Positions 23,920 to 38,837 of a DNA stretch of 64,000 bases are shown here, piece by piece. Where the stretch lies: the NCBI RefSeq assembly GCF_008831285.2, contig NC_045138.2, positions 18,166,001 to 18,230,000 of the forward strand. Reading direction: 5' to 3'. Numbering within the stretch: position 1 is the stretch's first letter; each line of letters begins with the position of its first letter. The stretch comes from Nymphaea colorata. Taxonomy: Eukaryota. The notes below the pieces were generated by a model that was given only the letters and a program-made list of their open reading frames with translations, had not been told where the DNA came from and searched no databases. Both the position numbers and the translations under genes were made by a program.

Positions 23920-26545
23920 CACAAGAAGTTTTAATTGTCACAAAAAACGGCGTTATATTAAAAAAAACGCGTATTTAACGTCAAAAAAGTTCCAGACCAA
24001 AAAAACGGCAAAAAGACACGTTTTTTTGAAAAAAACGGCAAAATTTAAAAAACGCATATAAAACGCGCATAAAACGATTTTTTGCATTTTCTTTTAACGT
24101 GCGAGTGCAAAATGGCATAGCTTGTAATATTTTTTAAGACGTTGGTTTTTTTTAAACTTGTTTGACCTTTTAGTGGCAAAAAAGTATTTTAACAATTAAC
24201 ATAAGAAAAGAGGGCTTAGGGTTAACTTGAAATCGAAAACTTGTTGCGAGACAGAGAGGCGTAACAGGGCAGGGCAGAGTCTTCTTCTTCGAGTGAGGTG
24301 AGAACTTCTTCTTTCGTCCGTTCCTCGACCTCACCTCTCAATCGGCTGAAGAGGAGGGCATTCGAGATTCGGCTGGTTTCGTCTGATCGTCTTCTTCTCG
24401 TTTTCATCCGGCTAAAGAGGAGGGCATTCGAGATTCAACTTCCTTCGTCTCCAATCTCCATCTCTTTTTCATTGGAGCGGTGAAAGGTTCTCTTTAGTCT
24501 TTCCAAGTTTCCATTTCGTTTTTTTACAACGTATAGACTATAGTATACATGTGCTGTTCGATTTTTCTTTTTTCTTGTTGTCGTATGCATCAATGATTCA
24601 ATGCATGTCTTCGTCTCCATCTCGTCTTCTTTTGTTTCTAAAACTTGTTAGATGAAGCGTTCTTCACTGTCTGTTAATTTGTTGAATGGTTTAGGTGGTG
24701 GTGATAAATTTTATATTTTAATCATGCCTAAAGGCAAGGACATATTCTGGCGACATGCACAATTAAAAGAAGATGGAAAATTGGCTTGCAATTTTTGTGG
24801 AGAAGAATATACAAGAGGAATCACTCGGTTTAAGTATCATTTAGCTGGTCTTTCATGTCATGATGTTGCTATATGTCATCAAGTGTCAGACAATGTCAAA
24901 CAAATGGCACTAAAAGCTTTTGAAGGTATGAACGAGAAGCCTACAAAAAAGGGAAAAATGTCAAGCTACCGAATAAGTTCAAGTGCAAGTGGACCACATT
25001 TAGGTTCTTCCGGTTCAACTTCAAACTCATTGACTAAAGAAGGAGGACAACTTCAGACAATTTCAAACATATTCAGGAAACAAGAAAAGGATAATATTGA
25101 TAGGCTCCTCTTTAAAGCTATGGCTATGAACAATTTGCCGTTCAACTTACTTCGATCGAATGATTTCAAGAATTTTGTCAGCATGGCCCAGGATACTTTC
25201 CACCAAGTAGTGAAACAACGAGAAAAAAGCTACTAGATGATGCAAGGAAAGAGGTTGATGCATATATTGAAGAAATGAAATCTACATGGGCACATTATGG
25301 GTGTACTATCATGTCAGATATTTGGAAGGATACAATTAGAAGCAGATCATACATAAATTTGTTGGTAAGTTGTCCAACATGTACAATATTTTGGAAAGCA
25401 AAACATATAGAAAAGGTTCCTAAGAATGCAGAACTTATAACTGAATTTTTATCTTCAGCTATTGAAGAAATAGGGCCAAAAAATGTTATACAGATTGTGA
25501 CAGACAATGGAAGCAATTACAGAAAGGCAAAACTTATCCTTGAAGAAAGGTATTCAAATATTTTTACTACATCATGTGCTGCTCATTGCATTGATTTAAT
25601 GCTTGAAGATATTGATACTTTGGAAAATGTAGCATCTATCATGACAAAAGCTAGACAAATTGTTAAATTCATATACAATAAGCAGCAAGCTCTAGATGTA
25701 ATGAGAACTTACACAAAGGGAGCTGAGTTGAAAAGGCCGGGTGCAACAAGGTTTGCTTCTCATTTCATTTGTTTACATTCTATTTTAAAACAAGAAGAAA
25801 ATTTGAGGTTCATGGTTGCCTCAAATGATTGGAGACTTGTCGAAGAAGTGGAAAAAGATCATGCAAGAGATATTACACATCTTATTCAAAATGAAGATTT
25901 TTGGAATATGGGAAAAGAAATAATCATGTTTGTGGAACCATTAGTGAAAGTATTGAAAATGGTAGATGGAGAAGGATCCACTATGGGATATTTATATGAG
26001 ACACTTGACAGAGCTAAAGAAGCTATAAAGGCTGCAAGTAAGGACAATAAGGAAAAATATATGTCATATTGGAAAATCATTGATAGGAGATGGGCTCGTA
26101 ACTTGCACAATCCAGTACATGCTGCAGCTGCTTTTTTAAATCCTCTTTTATTTTAGAAAAAAATGGTCACAATGGATGAAGAAGTTCGTGAGGGTTTGGA
26201 TATAGTGACAAAAAAGCTTGTTCCTCTTGAAAACTTTTCTGAAATAGCTAATGAGTTGGTCACATACCATAACAAGGATCCTACATTGTTTCACAAGGGA
26301 TTAGCCATGACAATTATTCATACTGCACATCCACGTAAGTGTCTCATTTTATTAGTTTTTCTATTATGCAATCAACATTCATTATTGGTTGTGCCCTTTT
26401 TTTTTTAATTTTGTTTTGTTTTCTAATTATAATAGGGGTTTGGTGGGAGATGTTCGGTTCTTTTGTTCCTGTGCTTCAAAGTGTAGCAATCAAAATTTTA
26501 AGTCAACCATGCAGCGCATCAGCCTGTGAAAGAAATTGGAGTGGA
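23920..26545 (+). mobile_element. Decayed hAT element (BED finger, DUF659/RNase H-like core, partial hATC dimerisation domain)
   Basis: AAAACG subterminal repeats from ~23945; CDS from ATG 24724 (CNFC..RFKYHLAG), IQIVTDNGSNY, CAAHCIDLMLED; frameshift ~25190, stop 26154, intron 26335-26435, breaks off after CERNWS. Confidence 0.92.
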
Positions 26546-28042
26546 TTTTGGGGCTCCGTGTCTTCTCCATTCCTTAAAATCCATCAATCTTAGGTGGAAC
26601 GAGGGTTGCTAAATGAGAAAATGAGAAATAGAAACACAAAAAATTAAGAAAAGAATATGTGAGAGTGTGAAAAAGAAAAGAACGGCATAGAAAAAACAAT
26701 AAAAAAATGTAATTATAAAGTTCAAAAATATAGGGACAAAAAGGAACATGAAACTATGATGTACCAAAGTTTATGACATATAAATGCTACGTTATTAATC
26801 TTCATGTCTAGTTGGATCTGGTGAAAATTTTGATAAACCAGGTTTTGTGTGTTGGTATTGGAAGTGGCCTATATCACAACCCATTGAGATGCGTTTGCTC
26901 TGTGTAGACCTGAGAAACAAGCCAGAAAATCCAATAATGCACGTTTATGTACAGTATCAAGACGCTAAAGTGGCCCTATTATGAAGTTGACAGGATCTGC
27001 AAGCACATGGCTCAACTGTGATCAGGCTGCGGGTAAAATAGGTTCTCTTTTACAATGAATTCACATTCTATGTACATCTGTTTGGCAAGTTTTATTTCAC
27101 TAATCATGCTTAATCAAGCCGCCATGGAGATTCTGTTCTGAAGTTTTGGAGACCCAAAGGCCATGTCCAAGAATTTGGTCCTTGTGAAGGGGTCGCCTAA
27201 CATTTGGATCCAGGCCCATGTCTCCATAGATCCAGTAAAATGCTGGCTGACTGATATTCGTGAACCATTTGTAGGACCACTCACCATCCATGAACTTCAG
27301 ATCAAGCGGGTATGTGAGCTAGCAGTTCTCAATTTGGGAAGCAATTACAGGTTACAAGCTAATATGGCCAGTGCCCCACTCCACTTCCCTTCACTCAAAA
27401 GGCAAGACTTCTCAGAGTTAGAAGCCTTAGCTTTTTATATATGCCACTTCTTTGCACTAGCCATATTACCAACATGGTCCTTCCCATTTATCCCATCCAT
27501 GATTGAAGCAGACAAAGCCCTTTATCACTAATTGGTTTTGAGTACAAACTTCTGACAACAAGTACTGACCCATCACCAGGTTTACTGCCTTGCAGACTGT
27601 GGACCTTGGTTGTCTTCAATACAACTAGATATTAGCACTGTATGAAGGCAACTGTACCAAGAACCCACAGTTGTTCATGAAAAGGGATCTTTAAAACATG
27701 GGTACAGAGTCCACCCAACCTTGTCTGTCAGCACAATAAGATAACTCAGCAGCAAGAAAACAGTAAGGCTCTTTTCTTAGAATATAACTTGATCTTTATG
27801 TTCAAATTTCCTATCATTTAGTTGATTGTTACGTTGCGACTCTCCTCCCACCATCCCCATCATGCAAGTGCAAGGGATTTGCACTCACACTTCCTTTTCA
27901 AGTCCAAAGGGAAGAAATATAAGACAAACTCTCTACTAACACGGACACAAAAGCAGAGGCCAAACCCAAGTATGATATTTCTGACAATGTTTTAGATCAT
28001 ATATTTTGAGATACCTGTTAGGTATGAAACACCCTATAATTA

Positions 28043-28973
<931 letters not shown>

Positions 28974-30089
28974 CAGAGACAAATAGAGGGAGGAAGCGAG
29001 AGAGAAAACAAGAGAAAGAGAAAAAATGAGAAGTGTACTTCACCTGGAAAAAGTTACTCATGGCAATGGAGCTCCTTGTAGTAATGAAATGGGCGTAGAG
29101 AGCAGCAGAGAGAGCGGGAAGAAAGGGGTAGAGCAGTTGGCCAAGAGGAGACTCAGAAGAGACATTGAGGAGAAGGGAAGCAAGAGAGGGCGAGAAAAAG
29201 AAAGGGCGATGGCAGCTCAGGGGCGGAGACAGAGGAAAAGGAGAGAAAGAAAAAAGACTTGGGCAGCTGGAGGGCTAAGGCGGAGGAGAAGGGGCAGCTC
29301 GGGGGCGGAGAGGGAGACAAGAGGAGAGAAAGAGAAAAGGGGGTTGGGGGCAAGGGCAGGCCGAGGGCAGGAGGGAGGCGTGTTTTGTTCCGCTCGAGCC
29401 CATATGGAACAGAGCATAATTTATACTCCTCTCTAATCGTCTACCAAGTTTATCTTGTAGTGCAGACAGTGTTTGATAAAAAAAACTTGACTAAAAAAGA
29501 CGTGTTTTGTTCTAAAAATATTAATATATATGTACTCACATTGCCATATGTATACAATGACAGTCTCAAAACGTTGCTTGTTTTCAGTTATTGTGTTTGT
29601 TAAAGTCTTGTAAAGTGTGCATTGTGCTCTTATAAGCTCGTCTTATGATGCCCTCTTATTTTTTCCTCTTTTTTACCAAAAGAGCCTGGCGGGCGAACCC
29701 AAATCAAATTATTCGAAGAAACGTAACTCTGGTTGCCTTAATTTTACCTTTGAACATGTGGACGTTTTTGTTGCTATTTCTGTGGTTGCATATAGAGCAG
29801 CCCAAACATGCATCATATTAATTGATGCTCCAGCCTCAGTCTCTCAGTCTGTAGAGATTGCAACCTCGATGGGGCAACCTTCTAAAAACCATTGTTATGC
29901 ACCCTATTGTTATACACAACCAGGGGGCGAAGTTAGAAATTTTTTATTAAAAAGAATTAGTAATAAATTTAAAATTTAAAATGTCAATATAAAAACAAGT
30001 ATTTTATGTAGGTCATTCGCAGCTACATATTTATCCAGCTCGACAATTTCTGTCAATGTAGTCCTAATATACATGGTGACGTCTTTCCT

Positions 30090-30670
30090 TTTCCTTTCTT
30101 TTTGGCAAAAGGCTTTAAGCCATCAGCTAACTTGGTCAGGTGCATGAAACTCGCCTAGGCAAGATCCCTTTTTTCCAATTGATTCTAAGTACTCTGCATA
30201 CTCGCCTCGTATAAGCTACACCTGATATTGTCTGTTGTTGAAAACAAATCATAAATGCAATCAACAATCCAGGCTAGCTTCAGACTCAACTAAACTACAA
30301 CACCGATAACTACATGAAAGAAACCAGACCCGATTTAACTGGATGACCGCCTCACCATTGACGAGAGTACAACTGTCAAACCCTTTTATGTTTTGCTAAA
30401 AGGTTATCTTAAATAAAAGATAAACATCCTAATATATTTATGAAAATTATTTTGATATAAAATGTGTTTTGAATCTAGTTGTCTTTATGAAAAATATCGA
30501 TTTTTTATTACCAAAATTTGATGCTATGGGAGCTATTCATTTTTGCTTATTATAAAACACTATTAAAACAAAAAAAAATCAACCTACTATATATTGTGCA
30601 TCAACCTATCTTTAAGATCATATTGGTAATTTTAAATTTCAAAAAAACACTTTAAGTTTAATATTTAAAG
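30090..30670 (-). repeat. Inverted paralogue of ~41090-41620
   Basis: Reverse-complement identity, e.g. TTCTAAGTACTCTGCATACTCG vs CGAGTATGTAGAGTACTTAGAA. Confidence 0.8.
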
Positions 30671-30692
30671 GGTTTATCCCTGACCTATTGGT

Positions 30693-30752
<60 letters not shown>

Positions 30753-31505
30753 TAAACAGGGACACAGAAGACATCTGTCCCATTGTTTTTAGTGGTTTTA
30801 TTTTCTCCAGTTTACCTTATAAATTATTCAGATCATTTACAGATGAAACTTATATATATGTAGCTTATTAGCAAACAAAATTATCAAGTCATTTGAAAGT
30901 GAAGAAGGGTGATTAAGGACATCATCGATCAAAGAATAATATTGCACAAAAAATTTGGGAGTAAATTATTTCAAATGACATTATCCAGCTGGACATGATT
31001 TCCAATAAAAAAAGAAGTTACGAGAAATTCATTTAGAATAAAATCACAAAATTTGCTTGAAATTACCTTGAGGCTGTCTCTCTCTCTTTTCTTACTATAA
31101 AATTTGGGAGGCTTACTCCGAGTCCGAGTTTTACATCCTTATTCCTTGCGTGTGTGTAACTAAATTTTAATGAAATTTACTTTTATTTGACCTAGGTTAT
31201 CCAACTTCCATGCATAATTCGTGCTGTTATTCGTAAATCTAATTGCATGAATGAGTTTTATATGTCAAACAATGTAAAATCTGGTACGGCATAGGAGTAT
31301 TAATTATGTACAACCCTCATATGAAAATCAAATGCCATCCTTTCCCTAACCTATAAGGTCTAGAACACTGTCGGTGTTTGGTGTACTGACGGCATGCTGT
31401 CACTTAGGTATCAACCCACACCTCATACGCGAAAATGGAGAACCACATTTGCCAATATCTTGAACAGCTAGGGAATACTCCTTAGGACACTTTAAAATCT
31501 AAAAG

Positions 31506-31790
31506 ATAATTTATGAATCTTTTCATTTAGGAATGAAATCTTACTGTAAATTGGAATTCAAAAGCTAAGATTAAAGCATAATTTATGAAGTTTTTCATTT
31601 AAGAAAAAATCTTATAAGAAATTAGAAAATGTAAGATTAAAAAATAATTTATCAATCTTTTCTTTCAGGAAAGAAATCTTATTAACAATTAACATTCAAC
31701 AATATATACCTACATAAAGTGCAAAATCCACCTGAGGCAACACCACTATTCCCAGGGATGATAGAGAAATCCAAGTTTCTGTGGGCACTC
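31506..31790 (+). promoter_or_regulatory. Promoter-like cassette copy 5 (TACATAAA 31711-31718)
   Basis: Paralogue of copy 4; block ~31190-32852 matches ~20390-22055. Confidence 0.45.
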
Positions 31791-32266
31791 CCCCCGAACA
31801 CACACAACTTTCATCATATTGTGCGCTCCAAAGAGCAACCCATCTCAAACCAAAAATAGAGAATGGACAACTAATGCATTCCACTTATTGAACAGGGTAT
31901 ATGGTCGGTCTCTGATCCCTGGATGCCGAAGGTGTCCATGGGGTGATCTCATAGTTCCTACGAGGTGGAGACGATGGGGTTGGTCCGTGGATTTTCCTTC
32001 CTTTTGCCGCATTTTGCTCAAAGGGCTGAAGGGATATAGGGCATCAAAGCTGTTCGCAGGGGCCAACTTGATCCTATTCCGGATACATAGATCCACTCCA
32101 TCCCCGTTGCACGTAGCACTATAATTTCAGTCTAGGTTTATTGCATGAATTTCTCACTTTTTATGTCAGCTTTGATCTTTGGTTAATAAAAGGGAGATTT
32201 GGTTAATAAAAGGGAGAGAATATATATATATATATAATGATGAAGGATGATGTTAAAATGGATGCG

Positions 32267-32518
32267 GTGGTTTATCCCACATCTGATGCAGGAAATATGT
32301 AAGCTTCTGACCATGCAAGTAAATTGTAAGCACTAATAGGGGAACACCCACGAATGGGAGCAGAAAAGTTTCCAAGTGCAATCCGCTGAGGACACATTTC
32401 AGTCTAGAGCAGTGATACATTTCTCCTCCTAGGTGTTCTCCTGCTAGTGCTTGTAATTTACTTGCATGCATGGCCAGAAGATTACATATTTCCGGCGTCG
32501 GACTTGGGAGGAACCATC
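32267..32518 (+). ncRNA. Candidate hairpin RNA, paralogue of 21480-21748
   Basis: ~85-bp stem; by eye 8 arm differences are G:U-compatible on + versus 3 on -. Confidence 0.4.
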
Positions 32519-32560
32519 AAAACCATTGAACAGCACTCCTCACTGCTATGATTAGAATGC

Positions 32561-34288
32561 ACACGTGCACGTCTCTGCTTTCCTTAGGAGGGAGGGAGGG
32601 AGAGGGATGTTGTGTCTGGGACCCAAGAAGCAAAGCGAAAGACAACAAGGCACTAACATTTATTGAGGGGTTTGGAGATAAATAAGGAGATAAAAGAAGT
32701 TGGCAATGTGGTGTAGGTTCGGATCGGGTATTTGGTTGAACCAATTTCAGTCGAGGCTGGGTTTGGTGAACCGCTTTGGTGAATTGCGTGGTGTGAGCAA
32801 GGGATTCCCTTCAACGACCTTGGAGGGATGGAGCAGATTGGATCACATATTATGTGTCATCCATTATCGATTTGGATCTACCGTAACACATTATCTATAT
32901 ATCTTCTTATCTTCCCTTTTAACGATTGGTGAACATATTGGTGAAATACTTGACTCAATTTAACGATTTGGATCTGATATGGTTTGGGTCTGAACCCAAA
33001 AAAATTATATATTTCTGGAGTCAATTTAACGATTTGGATCTGATATGGCTCGGGTCTGAACCCAAAAATTTTATATATTTCCTGTTTGGAGCTTGGAGAA
33101 AGTTGACGTTGTCAATGTGGATCATATGATTTATTATATTGGAAGAAAGAAAAAGATAGAAACCAATAAGGAGGGAGTGGTCAAGCAAAGGAGAACTTGG
33201 CAACCCCTCGAGGCATAAATGAGGAGGTCCGGGTCCCATCTCAGGTACCGCCAAGGGCGACTCTTCTTCTCCAACCATATGGTGCCCACAATACCTGTGA
33301 AGCCTACCGCCTCCTTCCCCTCTCCCCTTTCAATCGTGGGGCGGGGAGAACCTGACTCCGGCTGACTCCTCCCTCCCTCCTCTATATAAGCCACCCTCCC
33401 CCCACCCGTCTCATGTTTGAAAGGGGAGAGGGCTACATATAGGCTAGCGTGCTAACAACAAAATTTTTATTTATTTTTACATAGATTTTTTATGATTATT
33501 TACTTAGTTATATATGTTGTGCTCCTTGAAAAATGAGAATTTCTATAAGGGTGCCCCACGCCACTGGGAGAGGGGAGTCAGCCGCAGTCAGGCTCTCTCC
33601 GTCCCACGATTGAAAGGGGGGACAGGAAGAAGGCAGACCGTATGGTTGGAGAAGAAGAGTCGCCATTGGCGGTACCTGAGATGGGACCCGGACCTCCTCA
33701 TTTATGCCTCAAGGGGTTGCCAAGTTCTCCTTTGCTTGACCACTCGCTCCTTATTGGTTTCTATCTTTTTCTTTCTTTCTATATGACAAATCATATGACC
33801 CATATTGACAACGCAACTTTCTCAGAGCTCCAAACAGGAAATATATAAAATCTTGGGGTTCAGACCCAAATCATATCAGATCCAAATCGTTAAATTGAGT
33901 CCAGTATTTCACCAATATGTTCAGCAATCGTTAAAAGGGTAGATAAGATGATATATAGACAATGTGTTAGGGTAGATCCAAATCGATAATGGATGACATA
34001 TAATATGTGATCCAATCTGCTCCATCCCCCCAAGGTTACTTACAAACAGTTCGTTGAAGGGAATCCCACGCAAATTCATCAAAGCGTTCACTAAACCCAG
34101 TCCCGACTGAAATTGGTTCAACCAAATACCCGATCCAAACCTACACCACATTTCCGACTCCTTTTAACTCCTTATTTATCTCCAAACCCCTCAATAAATG
34201 TTAGTGCCTTGTTGTCTTGGCTTTGCCAGACACAACATCCCTCTCTTTCTCCTTCCCTCCTAAGGAAAGCAGAGACGTGCACGCGTGA
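32561..34288. repeat. Long fold-back, ~720-810 bp arms (32561-33377 / 33565-34288)
   Basis: Mirror ORFs 33021-33278(-) and 33642-33848(+); GTGCACGTCTCTGCTTTCC / GGAAAGCAGAGACGTGCAC at the outer ends. Confidence 0.95.
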
Positions 34289-34539
34289 CTGTTCAACCAA
34301 GACGGGTTTCTGATGCAATGCTGTTCAACCATGAAGTGGACATGCTAACGATCAGATCGAAAGAGCTATATCCATTTAACTCGCACTTTATACTCCTTCA
34401 ATTATATTAAATATCACACTCCTGTATAACCTTCAGCCCATACATGGACTAACTGACTGAAGTAAAGAAAGCATCTGCTTAAGCTCAGATTAAAATTACT
34501 TTTCAGCATCCTGAGATCTCTGCCCATTTTTTGTAGTTT

Positions 34540-34790
34540 CGAATTTAAAGTATGCAGTTCCAAAATTCATTACTTGTTTTTCTCTACGTGTTCCTCGTCG
34601 GTTTATAGAGAGAGTTGTTCTTAGTATGCAATTCCAGACTTATTTAAAGTATGCAGTTCCAAAATTGATTACTTATTTTCTCTATGTGTTTCTCTTGGTT
34701 TATAGAGAGAATTGTTCTTAGTATGCAATTCCAGAGTTGATTCCTTATCTTCTCTGCGTGTTTCTCTTCAGTTTACAAAGAGAACTGAAG
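34540..34790. repeat. Tandem repeat, ~100-bp unit x ~2.5
   Basis: TTTAAAGTATGCAGTTCCAAAATT..GTTCTTAGTATGCAATTCCAGA repeated. Confidence 0.8.
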
Positions 34791-35350
34791 TTAGAAGCGG
34801 GAGATGGCGAGCTTTGACAAGGCCCCTTCTTCCGAGGAGTTAGCGGGTTTCATGCCCGGCCATTCTCCATCCGTTTCCGTTTCCATGTAAACTCCACCCG
34901 ACCATCCATGCTAGTTTGAGAATTCTCCGGCAAACAGTCCCATCATTTCCTTGAAATTTCTGAATTTCCAGACCCGTCACTCCCATCCCATTAGTCCGCC
35001 TACTTTTTTTTCCCTTGAACCAATGGCCGTCTAATGTGCTTTTCAGTTTAACCGCAACCATCCATCGACCTTCCTTTTGGACCCGAGCAGCCTAATGCAA
35101 TCGCGAAAGGAAGGTTGATTGATAGCTATGATTCAACTGAAAAGAAGGTTAGCCGATCGTTGGTTTAGGGGAAAAAACGGAGGTGGACTAATGAGAGGGC
35201 AGTCAAAGAGAATTCTCAAACTGTCATGGTAGTGTTTCTGCAGAAACGTGAAAGAATCGAGAATGGCTAGGGAAGAAATCTGCTCACCTCCTCGAAAGAA
35301 GAGGCCTTGTCAAAGCTCGTCTTTTTGGGCTGCCAACTTCAATTCTCTCT
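34780..35350. repeat. Old, imperfect ~570-nt fold-back
   Basis: CGAGCTTTGACAAGGCC/GGCCTTGTCAAAGCTCG, AGTTTGAGAATTCTC/GAGAATTCTCAAACT, CATTAGTCC/GGACTAATG, ACCTTCCTTT/AAAGGAAGGT nested in order. Confidence 0.85.
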
Positions 35351-36859
35351 ACATAGACGGCAGTGGCGTGGGGCACCATCCTTCTTGCAGGTGCGCCACT
35401 TGTGTTTCCTTATAGGTGAAATCCAAGTTTGTCATTGGGCCATTGCAAGTGCAAGAGCAAGCAGAGCAAGCAGGACTGCAATAATGGTGGACATAGACGA
35501 GGACTGCAATCATGGTGGACATAGAGGGTTATTCAGATTTGTTAGTGAAACATATGTAACTAGGCCACTAATTGAGTGATTTTCATTTGTCTATAGACCC
35601 TTAGAGGATTATTCAGATTTGCTCTCGAAACATATGTAACCAGGCCCAATGATTAAATGATTTTATATTGCAATGGATTGAGGTGCTCAATTCTTTACAA
35701 GAATGGTGTGATTTATGTTCTTTATTAGATTCAGTCTCATATACTGCTGACATTTTCAATATATTCAATTTTTATATAATTTTCTTTGGCTAAATGTTGG
35801 TAATTTGTTGACAATTTATAGCTTTCATTGGCCAAATGTTGATAATTCGTTGACAGGTGCCGGGCCCTGCAACTTCTATTTTTTAACGATGTGTTGCATC
35901 AAACGAGAGTCTTTAATAAACCCTTGGTTAAGTTTACTAGTATAATTTCTTGCTTTTTGTTAAGTGCACATGGTTGATCTTGCGTTTTCGAGAATCAGGC
36001 TCAGGAATGCAGAGAAATCCCACAAACCTCCCCCAATTCATTCACAACTGATAAACTTGCATCTAATTTTTCAACGAGGGCTTCACGCTTGTCATCTTTT
36101 CTTTAATAATAAGCAGGTTTTCTTACAATAAAAACTGGGACTTATTTTTATACCAAGATACCATATATATATTATATATATTACATGAGCTTGATGTGGA
36201 TCCGTTTAATTTCCTCCAGCGGCGATCGACTATGACGAAGTGCATCTCTCGTAATCCCCGTCCTTTCCTCTTCTCTCTCCCTCGTCCGCATCTTCTTTTT
36301 CTTCATATTGATTCATGTGACAAATTTTTGGATTTGGGGATTTCTCTGAGTTTGCATTGTGTTCTCTTTCTGTTTATTCGTGGAACTTCTTGGTCCTGAT
36401 TTAAACTACACGTTTTGCCAGAATTGCCAGAATTTGGAGTTTGTGTTTGAGAGGTTATTGTCTCCAAGAGGATGTAACCATTATGTTTGGCTTGAGTTTC
36501 GTTTTCCCATTTTCTGATTTTCTTCACCAACGAAAACGTGCATTGTGAAGACAACAGAGCAAGTTAAAAAATGAAATATGAAGCAAATTGTGAAGAGCTT
36601 CCTGTTGATCTCGTACGAAGAAGCTCATTGTCCCCGAGTTTCATCCTATTTGGGAAGAGTGAAAAAAGCTTCCTGTTCCTGAAATGTGTGTCCTGCTAAA
36701 CATTTGTGATTACTTAAGCAATATGATTATCAAAAGCAGAGGGCGTCCTAAAGGTTGGTAAATGTTAATAGTTTTTCAATTGATTCTGATATTCGTACTC
36801 AATCTTAGTCAATGGGTACAGAAGAGATGAAAGCAGAGACCAAATGAAACTATGGATGG

Positions 36860-36971
36860 TTCTTACAAGAAATTGTGAAAGCTGCTGTGCAAGCTGCACT
36901 ATCTGCTGCAGCAATAAAAGCTAACTCTTTTCAGATCATGAAGAATATTATAGTGCTTTGCCAACCATCAG
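36860..36971 (+). pseudogene. SWI3C-like (SWI/SNF subunit, SWIRM-associated region) exon fragment
   Basis: EIVKAAVQAALSAAAIKA(K)LFSDHEE...ANHQ|GT after a 1-nt deletion; compare the SWI3C motif KAAAxAGLxAAAxKAKLFADHEEREIQ..NHQ. Confidence 0.7.
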
Positions 36972-37047
36972 GTTCATTGCTGCCCATGATTCGTTAAAAT
37001 GCTTTGCATATCTGTTGCTTTGTACGAGACTGTAACTGTTGAATCAG

Positions 37048-38748
37048 TTTTTTGATATGAAGGTAGCAACGGATTTCTTCTCCGTGCATGTGCTTTTTTT
37101 TATCATTTTATTCCTTTATTTCCCTTGGTCACAGATTTGGTTCACTATACGGGTTGGTGTGTTATAATAATGGATCATATATTGGTGTTATTTTATAATT
37201 TAGTTGGAGTTTAGTGCATGTGGTTGAACAAGTCTTCACCACCTATTCATGTTCTGTAACCAAATGAAACAGCTGATTTCTCTGTTCATGTGTGTGTGTA
37301 TATATATATATATATACATGTGTGTGTGTATGCGCACGAATGGCAATGGCTATATAACTGCATTCGAATCATCGGTGTTGCTGGCAGTAGCAGCAGCAAC
37401 AGGTAGCTTCTTTAATCCCAAAAATCCAATAGCGTCATTTAGAAGTGCCGGCATGATACTTCCGACTGCACGTGTCCCAATATACGTAAGCCATCGGGAG
37501 GGTAGCGGCAGAAAGGTCTTCTACCGACCGAATGGCCGGGCTGAGTTAAACTTCAGTTACGAAACTATGAAAATGGGAAGGAGGTCTAAGGTGATAAAGA
37601 AATGTAATTTTAATAAGAGTTTAAGAAGATACTTTATTTACGTCGCTCAGTCAGTCCATATGTGGACTTAAGGTAATTCATTTGCTAGAGCAGAAGAGTG
37701 AGATTAGATGTTGAAGTGTATGTCCGAGCATCACCATAATTACGTGCAAATTTGAATATAAGGATTCAAATATTTTGAAACCATATATGGCAGTTAGTGT
37801 CTAGGCAAATATAAAAACGCATGCACTTTCCAACAATGAAGAAAGGTAAGTTATATAAAGCTCTCAAGAATGGCTCACCTCGGTCTCACTATGAATATCA
37901 TGGCTCAACATATGATCATGTCTTCTAACCTCTCGGCTTTCCTTCTTCTTCTTATTATGCTTGAGCTATCTTGAGCAAGAGCTCAAGCGCCAAGTTTTCC
38001 TCCTTTAAGGTAGCATTTGATTATTTGATGAAAAAATGTTTGGCATTAAAATCACTGATATTTAATGATGGTTCATTTGTCGGGGGTGGAACTAAAAGTT
38101 CCAGGTTCCATAACCCAAATGTCTCCGAATACTTGATATTTTTCATTCAGACATCTCATTTTCATGTTTCATTCAATGCGGTATAAAAATTCGTTGTTGT
38201 CTCTTAACTGTTGAAAAAAAACTGTTCGAGCTAGCATTCCATCCATGCAATTTTGTAGGAATTCCCATGAGTCAACAACAATCCAGTAACTTCTACACAT
38301 GATCACCATATTTAATGATCTTAATTATAGAACAGAACCAATCCCACCCCTGCCCCAAACAAGAAATTGTCAATGGGACAAAATTTTCACAATCAATTTT
38401 AGCATAAATAATTACAAACATTTCCATGCCATGCGAAAAGAATTCCCAAGAAAGATTAAACAACAATAACAAGCCCGAATGAAGTAAAACAGAAAGAATA
38501 TTTTATATCAAAATAGCTTTCATAAATATCTTAACATGTTTCTATTTTATTTGAAATAATTTTTTTAAGTAAAAATTAAAGGGTCTTGCTTTCATCCCTG
38601 ACCTAAGTTTCTGGCTTCTACCAGTTTCTCTAAATATATGAGTGGTTGGTAGGAGCCAGACCAACAGGCCAGGGACAAAAACCAAGCCCAATAAATATGA
38701 TATTTAAAGTGATTTTTTTGAAATATAACCTTACCAATATAACCTCAA

Positions 38749-38837
<89 letters not shown>

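Noticed and set aside
29026..29603. Arg/Glu/Gly-rich ORFs (also 45540-47208)
   Set aside because: Low-complexity GA/CT-rich DNA
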